Below are positions 13,411 to 24,646 of a stretch of 64,000 bases of DNA, piece after piece. Source of the stretch: Hemiscyllium ocellatum (taxonomy: Eukaryota); assembly GCF_020745735.1 (NCBI RefSeq), contig NC_083433.1:11357363-11421362 (forward strand). The letters run 5' to 3'. The translations under genes and the position numbers were made by a program. How positions within the stretch are numbered: the stretch's first letter is position 1; every line of letters begins with the position of its first letter. The notes under the pieces are model-generated. The model did not search any database. It had not been told where the DNA came from and worked only from the letters and a program-made list of their open reading frames with translations.

Positions 13411-14381
13411 ACCTTTGATGGCCACATCCTCAGCTGACAAAGTTTTAAGCTTTGCAGTTCCTTCCCTTAACCTTTTTGCCTCTTTGTTTCTTCAATGCTC
13501 CTTAACACCAACCACTTTGAACAAGAATTTGGTCATGTCCTTAACATCTCATATTGCCTTATGTGGCTTGGTGTCAAGTTTTGTCTCACACCATTCCTGT
13601 GTAGTGACTTGGGTCATTTTACTGTGTCAGATCATTACACAGAGGTGTGAAGCGATTCTTTTTGCTCGGAAGAACGCCAGAGGGACAATATAAACTAAAG
13701 TTACTATTCTAAAAGGGGTGCGGGAGCAGAGGGACCTTGGTCTATGTGTTCATAAGTCAATGGCAGGAGCAGTTAATAAAGCACAATGGTTATGCCAAAT
13801 GTGTTTAGAACATTGGTTTGGCCTCAGCTGGAATATTGTGTCCAATTCTCGGCACTGCACTTTAGAAAAGATGTGAAGATGTTAGACAGGATGCAGCAAA
13901 TATTCATGGGAAAGGTTTCAGGGCTGAGGAACTTCAGTTATGTGGATGGGTTGGGCAAGTTAAGACTATTCTCCTTGGTGGAGTGAAGGTTAAGAAGAGA
14001 TTTATTTGATGGAACTGTTCAAAATCATGAAGACTTGGGGGGGGAGGGGAAACATCCTCACGGGTGGTCTGGTCAAGAACCAGAGCACACAGGTTTAAGA
14101 TAATTGACAAAAGCTGCACCAAGAGAAAACCTTTTAATGCAATGACTGTTAGGATCTGAAACGTGCTGCCTGAGAATGTGATGGAGGCAGGTTCAATTCA
14201 GGAGCAAATTGGATTATTATCTGTAAAGGAAGAATGCTCCTGAGAATAGCGTGAGGGGAATTGTTTGATTGGAGATCCCACACAGCCACAACATGCCTCC
14301 TTCCACACTGTAGCATTTCTGTATACAAGCTGTTGTTGGCTATTTCCAGATGGTAATGTTTGCTATGTTCTGCCTTTTCAG

Positions 14382-14541
14382 CAACCTGTCCAACCAGTTC
14401 CGGGTCAAACCTCCTCGTACTCTTGCATGATTCCAGCCAGCCCAGCTGTCAGCGTGCGGAGCTATGACACATACACTCCTCAACACATGCAGCCTCACAT
14501 GAGTTCACAGCCGCTGGCTTCAACAGGGGCTTCCTCTACAG
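14382..14541 (+). CDS. pax10: Pax6-family PST exon, equivalent to PAX6 exon 12
   Basis: ccttttcag|CAA...ACAG|gtgaga, 160 bp; [53 protein letters not shown]. Confidence 0.93.
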
Positions 14542-15309
14542 GTGAGACCCATGGCTCCAATGCAGAGAACATTTGTAATTGATTCACATTTGACTCAGTT
14601 GTCAAAAGCTGTGCCAGCGTTCAGTTCTGTGCTGCTGGCCCTTCCACCCAAGATGCTGTTTGTATTATGTGTTAACTGAGATGGCAAGTGTCTGTGGGCT
14701 CTTCCAGTTTGCAAGTTATAAAATGTAAAAGCTCTATTCAAGAAAAGAGGGAAAAAGTACACAGGAGTAACAGGCCAGTAATTCTGGCATCAGCCATTGG
14801 GAAATGCTGAAATCTGTGGTCAAGAAAATCTTATCAATGCACTTAGAAAAGCAGAGAATAATTCAAACTAGTCAACATTGTCTCATGAAAGGGGCATCAT
14901 ACTTGATGAGAGGCTGAGCGAAATTGGATATATATTCTCTGGAGTTTAGAAGGATGAAAGGAAATCTCATAAGACGTTCAGGAATCTCAAAGGGCTTGAC
15001 ACAGAGGGCTCTGAAATGTACCCAAAATAAAAACTGAAAGATTTGTAAATCAGAAACAAAATCAGAAATTGCTGGAAATCCTCTGCAGATCTGTTGAGCG
15101 ACCCTTCACTCGACCTGAAATGTTAACTCGGATTTCTCTCCTCAGAGGCTGCCAGATCTGCTGAGCTTTTCCAGCAATTTCTGCTTCTGTCCAAGCTGTA
15201 TCCTGTGGCTGTGGAATCTAGATCAAAAGGGCACAGTTTCATGATAAAGGACTGTGTTTTAGGATCATGATGAGAAATTTCTTCACTCCAGAGGTTTTGG
15301 AATTTTGGG

Positions 15310-16141
15310 AATTTGGGTTCAATTCCACCCTTGGGTGTCTGTGTGGAGTTTGCTCATTCTCCCCGTGTCCCCCTGGGTTTCTTCCAGGGGCTCCGGTTTC
15401 CTCCCACAGTCCAAAGATGTGAAGGTTAGGTGGATTAGTGATGGGAAATGTAGAGTGATTGGGGTGGGTCTGAGCACGATGCTGTTCAGAGGGTTGGTAT
15501 GGACTTGATGGGCCAAATGGCCTGTTACCACACTGTAGGGATTCTATGAAAAAAGACTTGGCAAAATTGCTACATTGCATCTTGTAAATGGTGCGTACTG
15601 CAGTCAGTGCAACTATTTGGGGCAGCATGGTGGCTCAGTAGTTAGCACTGCTGCCTCACAATTCCTGCCCTTGTGTGACTGTCTATGTAGAGTTTGCACA
15701 TTGATGTGCAGGCCAGGCGAATTGCCCATAGTGTTAGGTGTATTAGATTAGGTTAGATTACTTACAGTGTGGAAATAGGCCCTTCGGCCCAACAAGTCCA
15801 CACCAACCCGCCGAAACGCAACCTACCCATACCCCCACATAGGTAACCCTTACCTAACACTATGGGCAATTTAGCATGGCCAATTCACCTGACCTGCACA
15901 TCTTTGGACTGTGGGAGGAAACCCACACAGACACGGGGAGAACGTGCAAACTCTACACAGTCAGTCGCCTGAGCCGGGAATTGAACCCGGGTCTCAAGCG
16001 CTGTGAGACAGCAGTGCTAACCACTGTGCCGCCCACAAAGTCAGGGGTAAACATAGGATAGGGGAATAGGTCTGGGTGGGTTACTCTTCTGTGAACTTGT
16101 TGGGCTGAAGGGCCTGTTTCCATACTGTAGGGAATCTAATC
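15310..16141. mobile_element. V-SINE cluster: + copy 15310-15550; + copy 15619-16141 with a nested - copy at about 15745-16034
   Basis: Three V-domains; the outer copy resumes after the nested one. Confidence 0.8.
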
Positions 16142-17417
16142 AGTGCTTACAAACCCTTGACCCCCACAGTGAAAAGTCTATTTTGCAGCAAAGAAATTCA
16201 AATTACTCAGCAAACACTGTCTGTTTCAACAATACACCACAGCAAATGGTCTGCAGTTCCAATACGACACTGCAAACAATATAGAATGTCTATTTAAACA
16301 GCTTAAAGAGTGTCTTATTTAAACAACATACCACTGCAAGCAGTAACCAGAAGCTATTTAAACAGTGTTTTACATCAAAACGCCTTCAAAGTCTGTTTGA
16401 AAATTCCCTATAAACTACAGCAAGCAGGCCCTGTGACTGGAACTACAGCAAAATTTCCTGCTAAAAGCAGGATGCATTTTCCAGCAATACTCTTTGCGGT
16501 AAGTAGAGGATAAGCATTTAACACAAGACCGTCTTATCTTCTGGTAAATACAGCAGAGAGGATGATATTCAGGACCCAGTGTCGTAAAGGTGTACAAGTC
16601 TTAGAGGAAGAATATTGAGCCCATTTAAGGGGACCAGCAGGATTCACTATAAATAGGAGGAAATTACTGCAGATCTGGAATCTGACCTGTAAACAAAAAA
16701 TGCTTCATTAGAGTTATCTAGACTCTAAATGTTTGCTCACTTTCCCTCCATGGATTGGTGTGGACTTGATGGGCCAAATGGCCTGTTTCCACAGTGTAGG
16801 GATTCTATGAAAAAAGACTTGGCAAAATTGCTACAATGCATCTTGTAAATGGTGCATACTGCAGTCAGTGTAACTATTTGGGGCAGCATGATGGCTCAGT
16901 AGTTAGCACTGCTGCCTCACAGGGCCAGGGACCTGGGTTCAATTCCTGCCCTTGTGTGACTGTCTGTGTGGAGTTTGCATGTTCTCCCCGAGTCCGTGTC
17001 TCCCACAATCCAAAGGTGTGCAGGCCAGGTGAATTGCCCATAGTGTTAGGTGCATTAGTCAGGGGCAAACATAGGGTAGGGGAATGGGTCTGGGTGGGTT
17101 ACTCTTCTGAGGGAAGCTGCTGCCTGACCCGCTGTGATCTCCAGGAATCACGATAACCTAGGCAGAAGACTGGCTCAAAAACTGTGATTGCTTTCACTGG
17201 ATCAGAGAATGTTTAAGCAGGGGAAGCTAACAGAAATTCTCAAAATCAAGCATTTGAGATGAGAGATAGTAAAAGATGCTATTCGTGGGTCAATGGAATG
17301 GGACTTTCTTCAGGGCTGTCTCTCAAAACCAAAGGGTCAAGTTTGAATGTAATACCCTCACACATGTCAATGTCAGCAGCAATTGCATTTTCCATTCTGT
17401 TATCTTTTTTTCCACAG

Positions 17418-17503
17418 GACTTATTTCCCCTGGAGTGTCGGTTCCAGTTCAGGTTCCTGGAGGTGATCAGGACATGGCCCAGTACTGGCCTAGGCTGCAG
17501 TAA
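17418..17503 (+). CDS. pax10: Pax6-family terminal coding exon
   Basis: tttttttccacag|GA; (G)[27 protein letters not shown], the hallmark PAX6-type C-terminus. Confidence 0.95.
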
Positions 17504-19508
17504 AGAGGGGAACAGGGACAAGGAACAGGAAAGAGTCCACCACATTTGACATGAAGCCAGATTCTGCTTATGATGTCTCGGAGGTGCCAGTGTAACATAA
17601 ATCCACCCTGTTGAATTAAGTAGGGCTCAGTGGGTATATAAGCGATGACTGACAGCCTGTAAAATTGTGCTAACATTTCTGATATTTTTGCTTTTTTTTA
17701 ATAGAAGGGGTATTTGATTACAGCCTGTTGCTATGCATATGGACAATCTTGAATCTTCAATATAAAGCCGTCAGAGTTGTAGTTATGTAAATATAGGGGA
17801 TTCCCATATTATGCCAAGCTGAAAAATATACCGGGAAAGATAGATATTGTTGAAGGAGGGACTATGGTTGAGTTGTTGCTTTCATTAGCATTGGTGAGAA
17901 TTCATTGAAATCCTTAATAACTAATGCCCCCACATCATAAGACAGAGGGAACTGAAGGGTTTGTGTGATTGGACCAATGTCATTAGTCACTCATAAACTT
18001 GATGTTCCAGCACGGTGTTGCTAATCATATTAATTCATCACAGAATGGTAACAGCAAAGAAAGAGGCCATTCAGTCTATCGTCTCTGTGTGCTGGCTCTC
18101 CAAAAGACTGGTGAACTGAGCGCCAGTCTCCCGCCTCCTCTCCTGCACATTCTTCTTTGTCAGTTAACAATCCAATTCCCTCTTGAATATCTCGACTGAA
18201 TCTGTCTACACCACACTATCAGACAGCCCATTCCAGATCCTAACCACTTGCTATGTGAAGCCCTCACGTCACCATCACTTCTTTCACCAATTATCTCAAA
18301 TCTGCATCACCAACTCCTCTCCGTCCACCCAAGCCTACCACCGCTGGGAACAGTTTCTCTCAACGTACTGTGTCCAGACAGGATTTTGAAGATCTCAATC
18401 AAATCTCTTCTCAAATTCTCCAAGGAAAATTGCTCTAATCCTTCTACATAATGGGTGGTCCTCGTGCCTGGATCCATTCTCATGAATCTTTCCTGCACCC
18501 TCATCAATGCCTTCATGTCTTTCTGAAAATGTGGTGTCCAGAACTGGACTTGAGGCTGAATCAGTCTCTCTCACAGGTTTAACATAACCTCCATGTGCTT
18601 TTAGTCCACAGCACACTGAAGAAAGCCAAGGATAGTATACATTTTATTAACTACTCTCTCAGCTGACCATTTTCAATGACATAAGCACATGTACACCCAA
18701 AGTAAGTAACCGTATCAATATTGATGGGCAGGCTGATATTTTGGAATATTCCCCTCTGCAAACCTCATTAAATGTAGAAATTTGTTGACGTTGAATTCCG
18801 TAAATTTTACTAGAGCTTTGGTAAAACCAAAAACAAAGCCGTTTTCAAGAACAACTTGATTTTATAAGAAAGGTTTTACAAATTTTGACTGGCTCACAAG
18901 TCAAAGATATCAGTCAGTATTTGAACCTCTGATCCAGGTACTTTCTCCTGATGTATACTGAATTTATGGTCTTCATGTGGAAACTTTGTAATGGGATGGA
19001 ATCATGCAGCCATTAAGCCCAAGTACTGCACCAGGTCTTTAAAGGTCATTGAGGTTGTGGATGAATGACCTGCAGAACTTTGGTCACATGGAACAGGATG
19101 GCCCATGAATCACTGAAACCTGAAGGGCAGGACTTGCTTCTATTTCTGCCTCTTTTCTGGCACTGTTCTGCCTTAAGATGCTGTAACTCAAAGCATAGTG
19201 TCACTCAATGGACAAGATGCTAGTTTGAATTGTGATAGCAAGGTGATGCAGATCTTTGAGGGAAGAGTTATTCAATAAGTTACACTCCCTCTGCAATTCT
19301 TTTCCCCTTATGCAGTTCCCTTTCTAATGTTACAATTGAATTTGCTTTCATTACCCTTTCAGGCAGTGCACTCAGATCAGAGCAGCATATCATGTCTGTA
19401 TCCCTCCCTCTGGTAATTACTTTCAATGGGGATCCTCTGCTTACCCACCATCCTGCTAGAAGAAACAGCTTCTCCCTGTACATTCTTACCAAAGCTATTT
19501 ATAATCTT

Positions 19509-19748
19509 CAAAGTTAAAAATCACACCACACCAGGTTATAGTCCAACAGGTTTATTTGGAAGCACTAGCTTTTGGAGCGCTGTTCCTTCATCAGGTGGTT
19601 GTGGAGAATATTCTCCACAACTACCTGATGAAGGAGTCGTGCTCCGAAAGCTAGTGCTTCCAAATAAACCTGTTGGACTATAACCTGGTGTGGTGTGATT
19701 TTTAACTTTGTATACCTCAGTCTAACATCGATGTCTCCAAATCATGAC
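19509..19748. mobile_element. Palindromic PLE-terminus mini-element (family 2)
   Basis: Spacer-less inverted repeat 19509-19710 centred on gagaat|attctc, plus 38-nt tail; TSD tataatcttcaa at 19500-19511 and 19749-19760. Confidence 0.85.
19622..19656 (+). ncRNA. Minimal hammerhead ribozyme motif (family 2)
   Basis: TAC-CTGATGA-A-GGAGT-CGT-GCTCC-GAAAG-CTA-GTG; palindromic AGCT stem III; the opposite arm has G12>A. Confidence 0.78.
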
Positions 19749-19910
19749 TATAATCTTCAACACCCTAACCTTCCCTGCTTTAAAGATAATAATCCCAGCT
19801 TCTTTCATGCCTCCACATCACTGAAGTACCATTACAGTGAATCTCCATTGCACCCTGTCTAAGGCCTTGACTTCTTGCTAAACTATGGTGCCTAGCATTA
19901 TGTACCATAG

Positions 19911-20089
19911 GAGAAAGTGAGGACCGCAGATGCTGGAGATCGGAGCTGAAAATGTGTTGCTGGAAAAGCGCAGCAGGTCAGGCAGCATCCAAGGAACAGG
20001 AGATTCGACGTTTCGGGCATAAGCCCTTCTTCATTCCTGAAGTAGGGCTTAGGCCCGAAACGTCGAATCTCCTGTTCCTTGGATGCTGC
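19911..20089. mobile_element. Fold-back PLE-terminus mini-element (family 1)
   Basis: 53-bp arms 19981-20033 and 20038-20090 with TTCC loop; TSD cattat(g/a)taccatag at 19896-19910 and 20090-20104. Confidence 0.85.
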
Positions 20090-21655
20090 CATTATATACC
20101 ATAGTCTAGCTGAAGTCTAATTGGTGGACTGGTAATAGTTAAACATAAGAGCAACATTATACATGTCAAGGACACATCTGGAGCTAGTTCTAGTTTGTTT
20201 CTTCAAATTTGAAATAAATCACCATATGCAGTACGTTATTGCAGAACCCATAAGTCAAAGTGCATTGAGTCATCTTCACTTCATAACTCGACACTATGGA
20301 GCTCCATGCCTCCCCCAGGTCTCCCTCAACCTACCCATTTAGGACATTTGGCAAGCAGCAGAGTGTAAAATGTGATGCTGTGGTGACAGCACAGTGTACC
20401 TATAATCTTTTGTCCACGGTAGGGGAGACATCAGGTGGCTTGATCACCTTTGGGACCTAGTGAGTGTCCAATTAATGGTCACTAATGCACTGTCTCCTAC
20501 TACTACTGAGAGGTGCCCAAGGCAAGTGGCCTTTTTGTTGCCATGGGATGGGAGGGGAAAGATCCTACCTATGCCCGACAGACACCCATGCTAAACCAGG
20601 CCCCCACCCATTCCCCAGACAAACCTGACCACTCTCAACCCCTTTCTGTAGTCTACCAGCCTGACCATGGAAACTGCCTGGACAAAGTTTGGGATTTATT
20701 TAGTCACTGATGTCTCAGTTTATTTCTGACTGAAGTTCACTCTTGGGACCTTGACCCTCCCTTGCAGGATTGAACAAACAGCTTCAGTTTGTACAAAACC
20801 TTGATTAAAGAGATAACCCCACTCAAAAGCACAAAACCGAACACCTTGACAGAAACCAGCCAGTGATTTTCAGAGACTAATCCAATCCCAGTGCACACCG
20901 GATGATTTCAAATTGCCTAAAGTCTGGTCGAATGGTTTTCAATGTTGAATATCCGGTATGTAAAAAGTTTTGAATTCCAAATTGTTGGGTATTTGCCAAT
21001 CATTGAAATAAAATTTCACAATGGAATTACATGTGAAATTAGGGTTAGGTTGCTGCATTCATTGATTTATTGGTTAAAGGACAATTACAAACAAGCCAGA
21101 CATACTATCTCTGGACATACCAGTCTTCCAGCTCATCCTCCAGTTGCAAACTCAGCATTTCAATGTTTCTTTAACTGGTTATATTTTGTGGTATAATTGA
21201 AAGGTTTGGGATAATCTAAACTTTGTGGGACCTGAGGTAAGTTATAATCTGGTATATCTGGCAAACATCCTCAGACTAGACATTTTTTATGTAGTCGATC
21301 AAAAGGTGCGGACATTGTTGGCTAAGTTAGTATTTATTGGACATCTCCAGTTTCCCTTGAGAGAGTGGTGGTGAGCCACTTCCTTGAACCTCCGCAGTTC
21401 ACATACTGCAGGAACACTTGCAGTGTTGTCAGACATGAGGGAAGTTCAGGACTTTGATCTAAAGACAGTGTAGGAATGGTGATGTATTTCCAAGTCAGGA
21501 TGGTGTGTGGCTTAGAATATAACAGCATAAGAGCCAGGCGTAGGAGTAGGCAATTCAGCCCCTCGAGCCTGCTGTCCCATTTGCAGTCATGGCTGATGTC
21601 ATCTCAGCCTCAACTTTACTTTCCTGCCTGTTCTCCATAACTCTTTAACCGTCTC

Positions 21656-21775
21656 ATCAGCATGGCCTAGTGGTCTAAGGCGCCAGACTCAAGGAGCGTT
21701 AATCCTTGCTCTGCATCTGGGCTTGTGAATTCTGGTCCCTTTCTAGGGGCGTGGGTTCAAATCCCACTCCTGACA
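21656..21775 (+). pseudogene. Intron-containing tRNA-Leu(CAA) copy, probably a pseudogene
   Basis: ATCAGCATGGCCTAGTGGTCTAAGGCGCCAGACT-CAA-G, intron 21694-21729 (36 nt), TTCTGG...GTGGGTTCAAATCCCACTCCTGACA; two acceptor-stem mismatches (A1:C72, C6:C67); TTTT at 21784-21787. Confidence 0.88.
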
Positions 21776-21787
21776 TGTCTCCCTTTT

Positions 21788-22100
21788 ACGGTGGCACAGT
21801 GGTTAGCACTGCTGCCTCACAGCGCCAGAGACCTGGGTTCAATTCCCACCTCAGGTGACTGACTGTGTGGAGTTTGCACGTTCTCCCCGTGTCTGCGTGG
21901 GTTTCCTCCGGGTACTCCGGTTTCCTCCCACAGTCCAAAGATGTGCGGGTCAGGTGAATTGGCCATGCTAAATTGCCCGTAGTGTTAGGTAAGGGGTAAA
22001 TGTAGGGGTATGGGTGGGTTGCGCTTCGGCGGGTCGGTGTGGACTTGTTGGGCCGAAGGGCCTGTTTCCACACTGTAAGTAATCTAATCTAATCTAATCA
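21788..22100 (+). mobile_element. HE1-type V-SINE, near full length and young
   Basis: tRNA-like head with A and B boxes, V-domain gtgtggagtttgcacgttctccccgtgtctgcgtgggtttcc, (TAATC)n tail. Confidence 0.9.
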
Positions 22101-22653
22101 CTAATTAAAAATCTGTCTATCTCCTCCTTAAATTCACTCACTAGCCTGGCAGCCATCACGTTCTGTGACAGGGAATTCCACACATTCATGACCCTTTGAG
22201 AGAAGCAATTTCTCCTCATCTCTGTTTAAAAATCTGCTACCCCTTTATTCTAAAATTTCTCATTCTATATGAGGAAACATCCTCTCTTAATCTACATTGG
22301 CAATCCCGTTTAACACATTATATACACAAATGGATCTTGTTATTCTAAACTCTAGAGAGTATAGGCCAAAACTGCTCGATCTCTCTTCATAAAGCAAACC
22401 CCTCATCTCTGGCTTGGAGTGGAAACACATAGTGGGTGGTACCCTCGTCTGCTGCCCTTGTCCTTCCAAGTGTTAGAGGTTGTGTGTTTACCAGGCACTA
22501 TCAGAACAGCCTTGGAGAGGTACTGCATTCCATCTTGTCGATGGTATACACTGCTGCCACTGTGCATTGGTGGTGAAAGGAGTGAATATTGAAGGTTGAA
22601 AATGTGTTGCTGGTTAAAGCACAGCAGGTCAGGCAGTATCCAAGGAATAGGAA

Positions 22654-22689
22654 ATTCGACGTTTCGGGCATAAGCCCTTCATCAGGAAT
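22654..22689 (-). ncRNA. Minimal type I hammerhead ribozyme motif, intact
   Basis: ATTC-CTGATGA-A-GGGC-TTAT-GCCC-GAAAC-GTC-GAAT: stem I ATTC/GAAT, stem II GGGC/GCCC, palindromic ACGT stem III, GUC cleavage triplet. Confidence 0.85.
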
Positions 22690-23666
22690 GAGGAGAGGGT
22701 GCCAGGCAGGCTAAGATAAAAGGTAGGGAGGAGGGACTTGGGGGAGGGGCGATGGAGATGTGATAGGTGGAAGGAGGTCAAGGTGAGGGTGATAGGCCGG
22801 AGTGGGGTGGGGGCGGAGAGGTTAGGAAGAAGATTGCAGGTTAGGAGGGCGGTGCTGAGTTGAGGGAACCGACTGAGACAAGGTGGGGGGAGGGGAAATG
22901 AGGAAACTGGAGAAATCTGAGTTCATCCCTTGTGGTTGGAGGGTTCCCAAGCGGAAGATGAGGCGTTCTTCCTCCAACCGTCGTGTTGTTATGTTTTGCC
23001 GGTGGAGGAGTCCAAGGACCTGCATGTCCTCGGTGGAGTGGGAGGGAGAGTTAAAGTGTTGAGCCATGGGGTGGTTGGGTTGGTTGGTCCGGGCGTCCCT
23101 GAGGTGTTCTCTGAAGTGCTCCGCAAGTAAGCGGCCCGTCTCCCCAATGTAGAGGAGGCCACATCGGGTGCAGCGGATGCAATAGATGATGTGTGTGGAG
23201 GTACAGGTGAACTTGTGGCGGATATGGAAGGATCCCTTGGGGCCTTGGAGGGAAGTGAGGGAGGAGGTGTGGGCGCAAGTTTTACATTTCCTGCGGTTGC
23301 AGGGGAAGGTGCCGGGAGTGGAGGTTGGGTTGGTGGGGGGTGTGACTCCTCCACCGGCAAAACATAACAACACGACGGTTGGAGGAAGAACGCCTCATCT
23401 TCCGCCTGGGAACCCTCCAACCACAAGGGATGAACTCAGATTTCTCCAGTTTCCTCATTTCCCCTCCCCCCACCTTGTCTCAGTCGGTTCCCTCAACTCA
23501 GCACCGCCCTCCTAACCTGCAATCTTCTTCCTAACCTCTCCACCCCCACCCCACTCCGGCCTATCACCCTCACCTTGACCTCCTTCCACCTATCACATCT
23601 CCATCGCCCCTCCCCCAAGTCCCTCCTCCCTACCTTTTATCTTAGCCTGCCTGGCACCCTCTCCTC

Positions 23667-23702
23667 ATTCCTGATGAAGGGCTTATGCCCGAAACGTCAA
23701 AT
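23667..23702 (+). ncRNA. Minimal hammerhead ribozyme motif, mirror copy with a stem I mismatch
   Basis: ATTC-CTGATGA-A-GGGC-TTAT-GCCC-GAAAC-GTC-AAAT (G>A at 23699). Confidence 0.75.
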
Positions 23703-24360
23703 TTCCTATTCCTTGGATGCTGCCTGACCTGCTGTGCTTTAACCAGCAACACATTTTCAACTGTGATCTCCAGCATCTGCAGACCTCATTTTTAACTGAA
23801 TATTGAAGGTACTGAGTGGAATACAGTCAAGTAGGCACTTTGTCCCGGAGGTATTGAGTTTCTTGAGGTTTGTTGGAGTCACAGTCACTCAGGTAAGCCG
23901 TTCTCTCTCTGTTGCCCATAGCGTTATCAAAAGTAGCATGAATTTGAGTCAAAGAATCACAGAAATGTACAGCACAGAAACAGACCTTCGGTCTAACTCA
24001 TCCATGCTGACCAGATATCCTAAATTCATCCAGTCCCATTTGATGACATTTGGCCCATGTCCCTCTAAACCCTTCCTATTCATATGCCCATCCAGATGCC
24101 TTTTAAATGTTGTAATTGCACCAGCCTCCACCTCTTCCTCTGGCAGTTAATTTCATACATACGCCAACCTCTGCGTGGAAAAGTTGCTCCATAGATCCCG
24201 TTTGTTTCTTTCCCCTCTCACCATAAATCTATGCCCTCTAGTTTTGGACTTCCCTACTTTGGCTATTCACCCTATCCATGCCCCTCATGATTTTATAAAC
24301 CTCTGTAAGGTCATTCCTCAGACTCCGCCACTCCAGGGAATAACCCCAAATTAAACTGTT

Positions 24361-24646
24361 TCACAGCGCCAGAGACCTGGGTTCAATTCCCGCCTCAGGT
24401 GACTATCTGTGTGGAGGTTGCACATTCTCCCTGTGTCTGCGTGGGTTTCCTCCAGGTGTTCCGGTTTCCTCCCACAGTCCAAAAATGTGCAGGTTAGGTG
24501 AATTGGCCATGCTAGATTGCCCGTACTGTTTGGTGAAGGGGGAAATGTTGGGGAATGGGTCTGGGTGGGTTGCGCTTCGGTGGGTCGGTGTGGACTTGGT
24601 GGGCCGAAGGGCCTGTTTCCACACTGTCAGTAATCTAATCTAATCT
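24361..24646 (+). mobile_element. HE1-type V-SINE, 5' truncated
   Basis: V-domain and TAATC tail. Confidence 0.85.

Larger units (their letters stand above)
22595..23796. mobile_element. Penelope-like element 3' fragment with GIY-YIG endonuclease remnant and 418-bp inverted terminal arms
   Basis: ORF 22822-23373(-) contains CNRRKCKTC, IIYCIRCTRCGLLYIGETGR and LGTLQPQGMN (PLE GIY-YIG); arms 22595-23012 and 23344-23761; TSD tgaatattgaaggt at 22583-22596 and 23797-23810. Confidence 0.92.

Noticed and set aside
21656-21775. Functional tRNA-Leu gene
   Set aside because: Two acceptor-stem mismatches, and it sits as an insertion inside a LINE relic
22822-23515. Overlapping mirror ORFs on both strands
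   Set aside because: Artefact of the inverted repeat; only the GIY-YIG frame is meaningful
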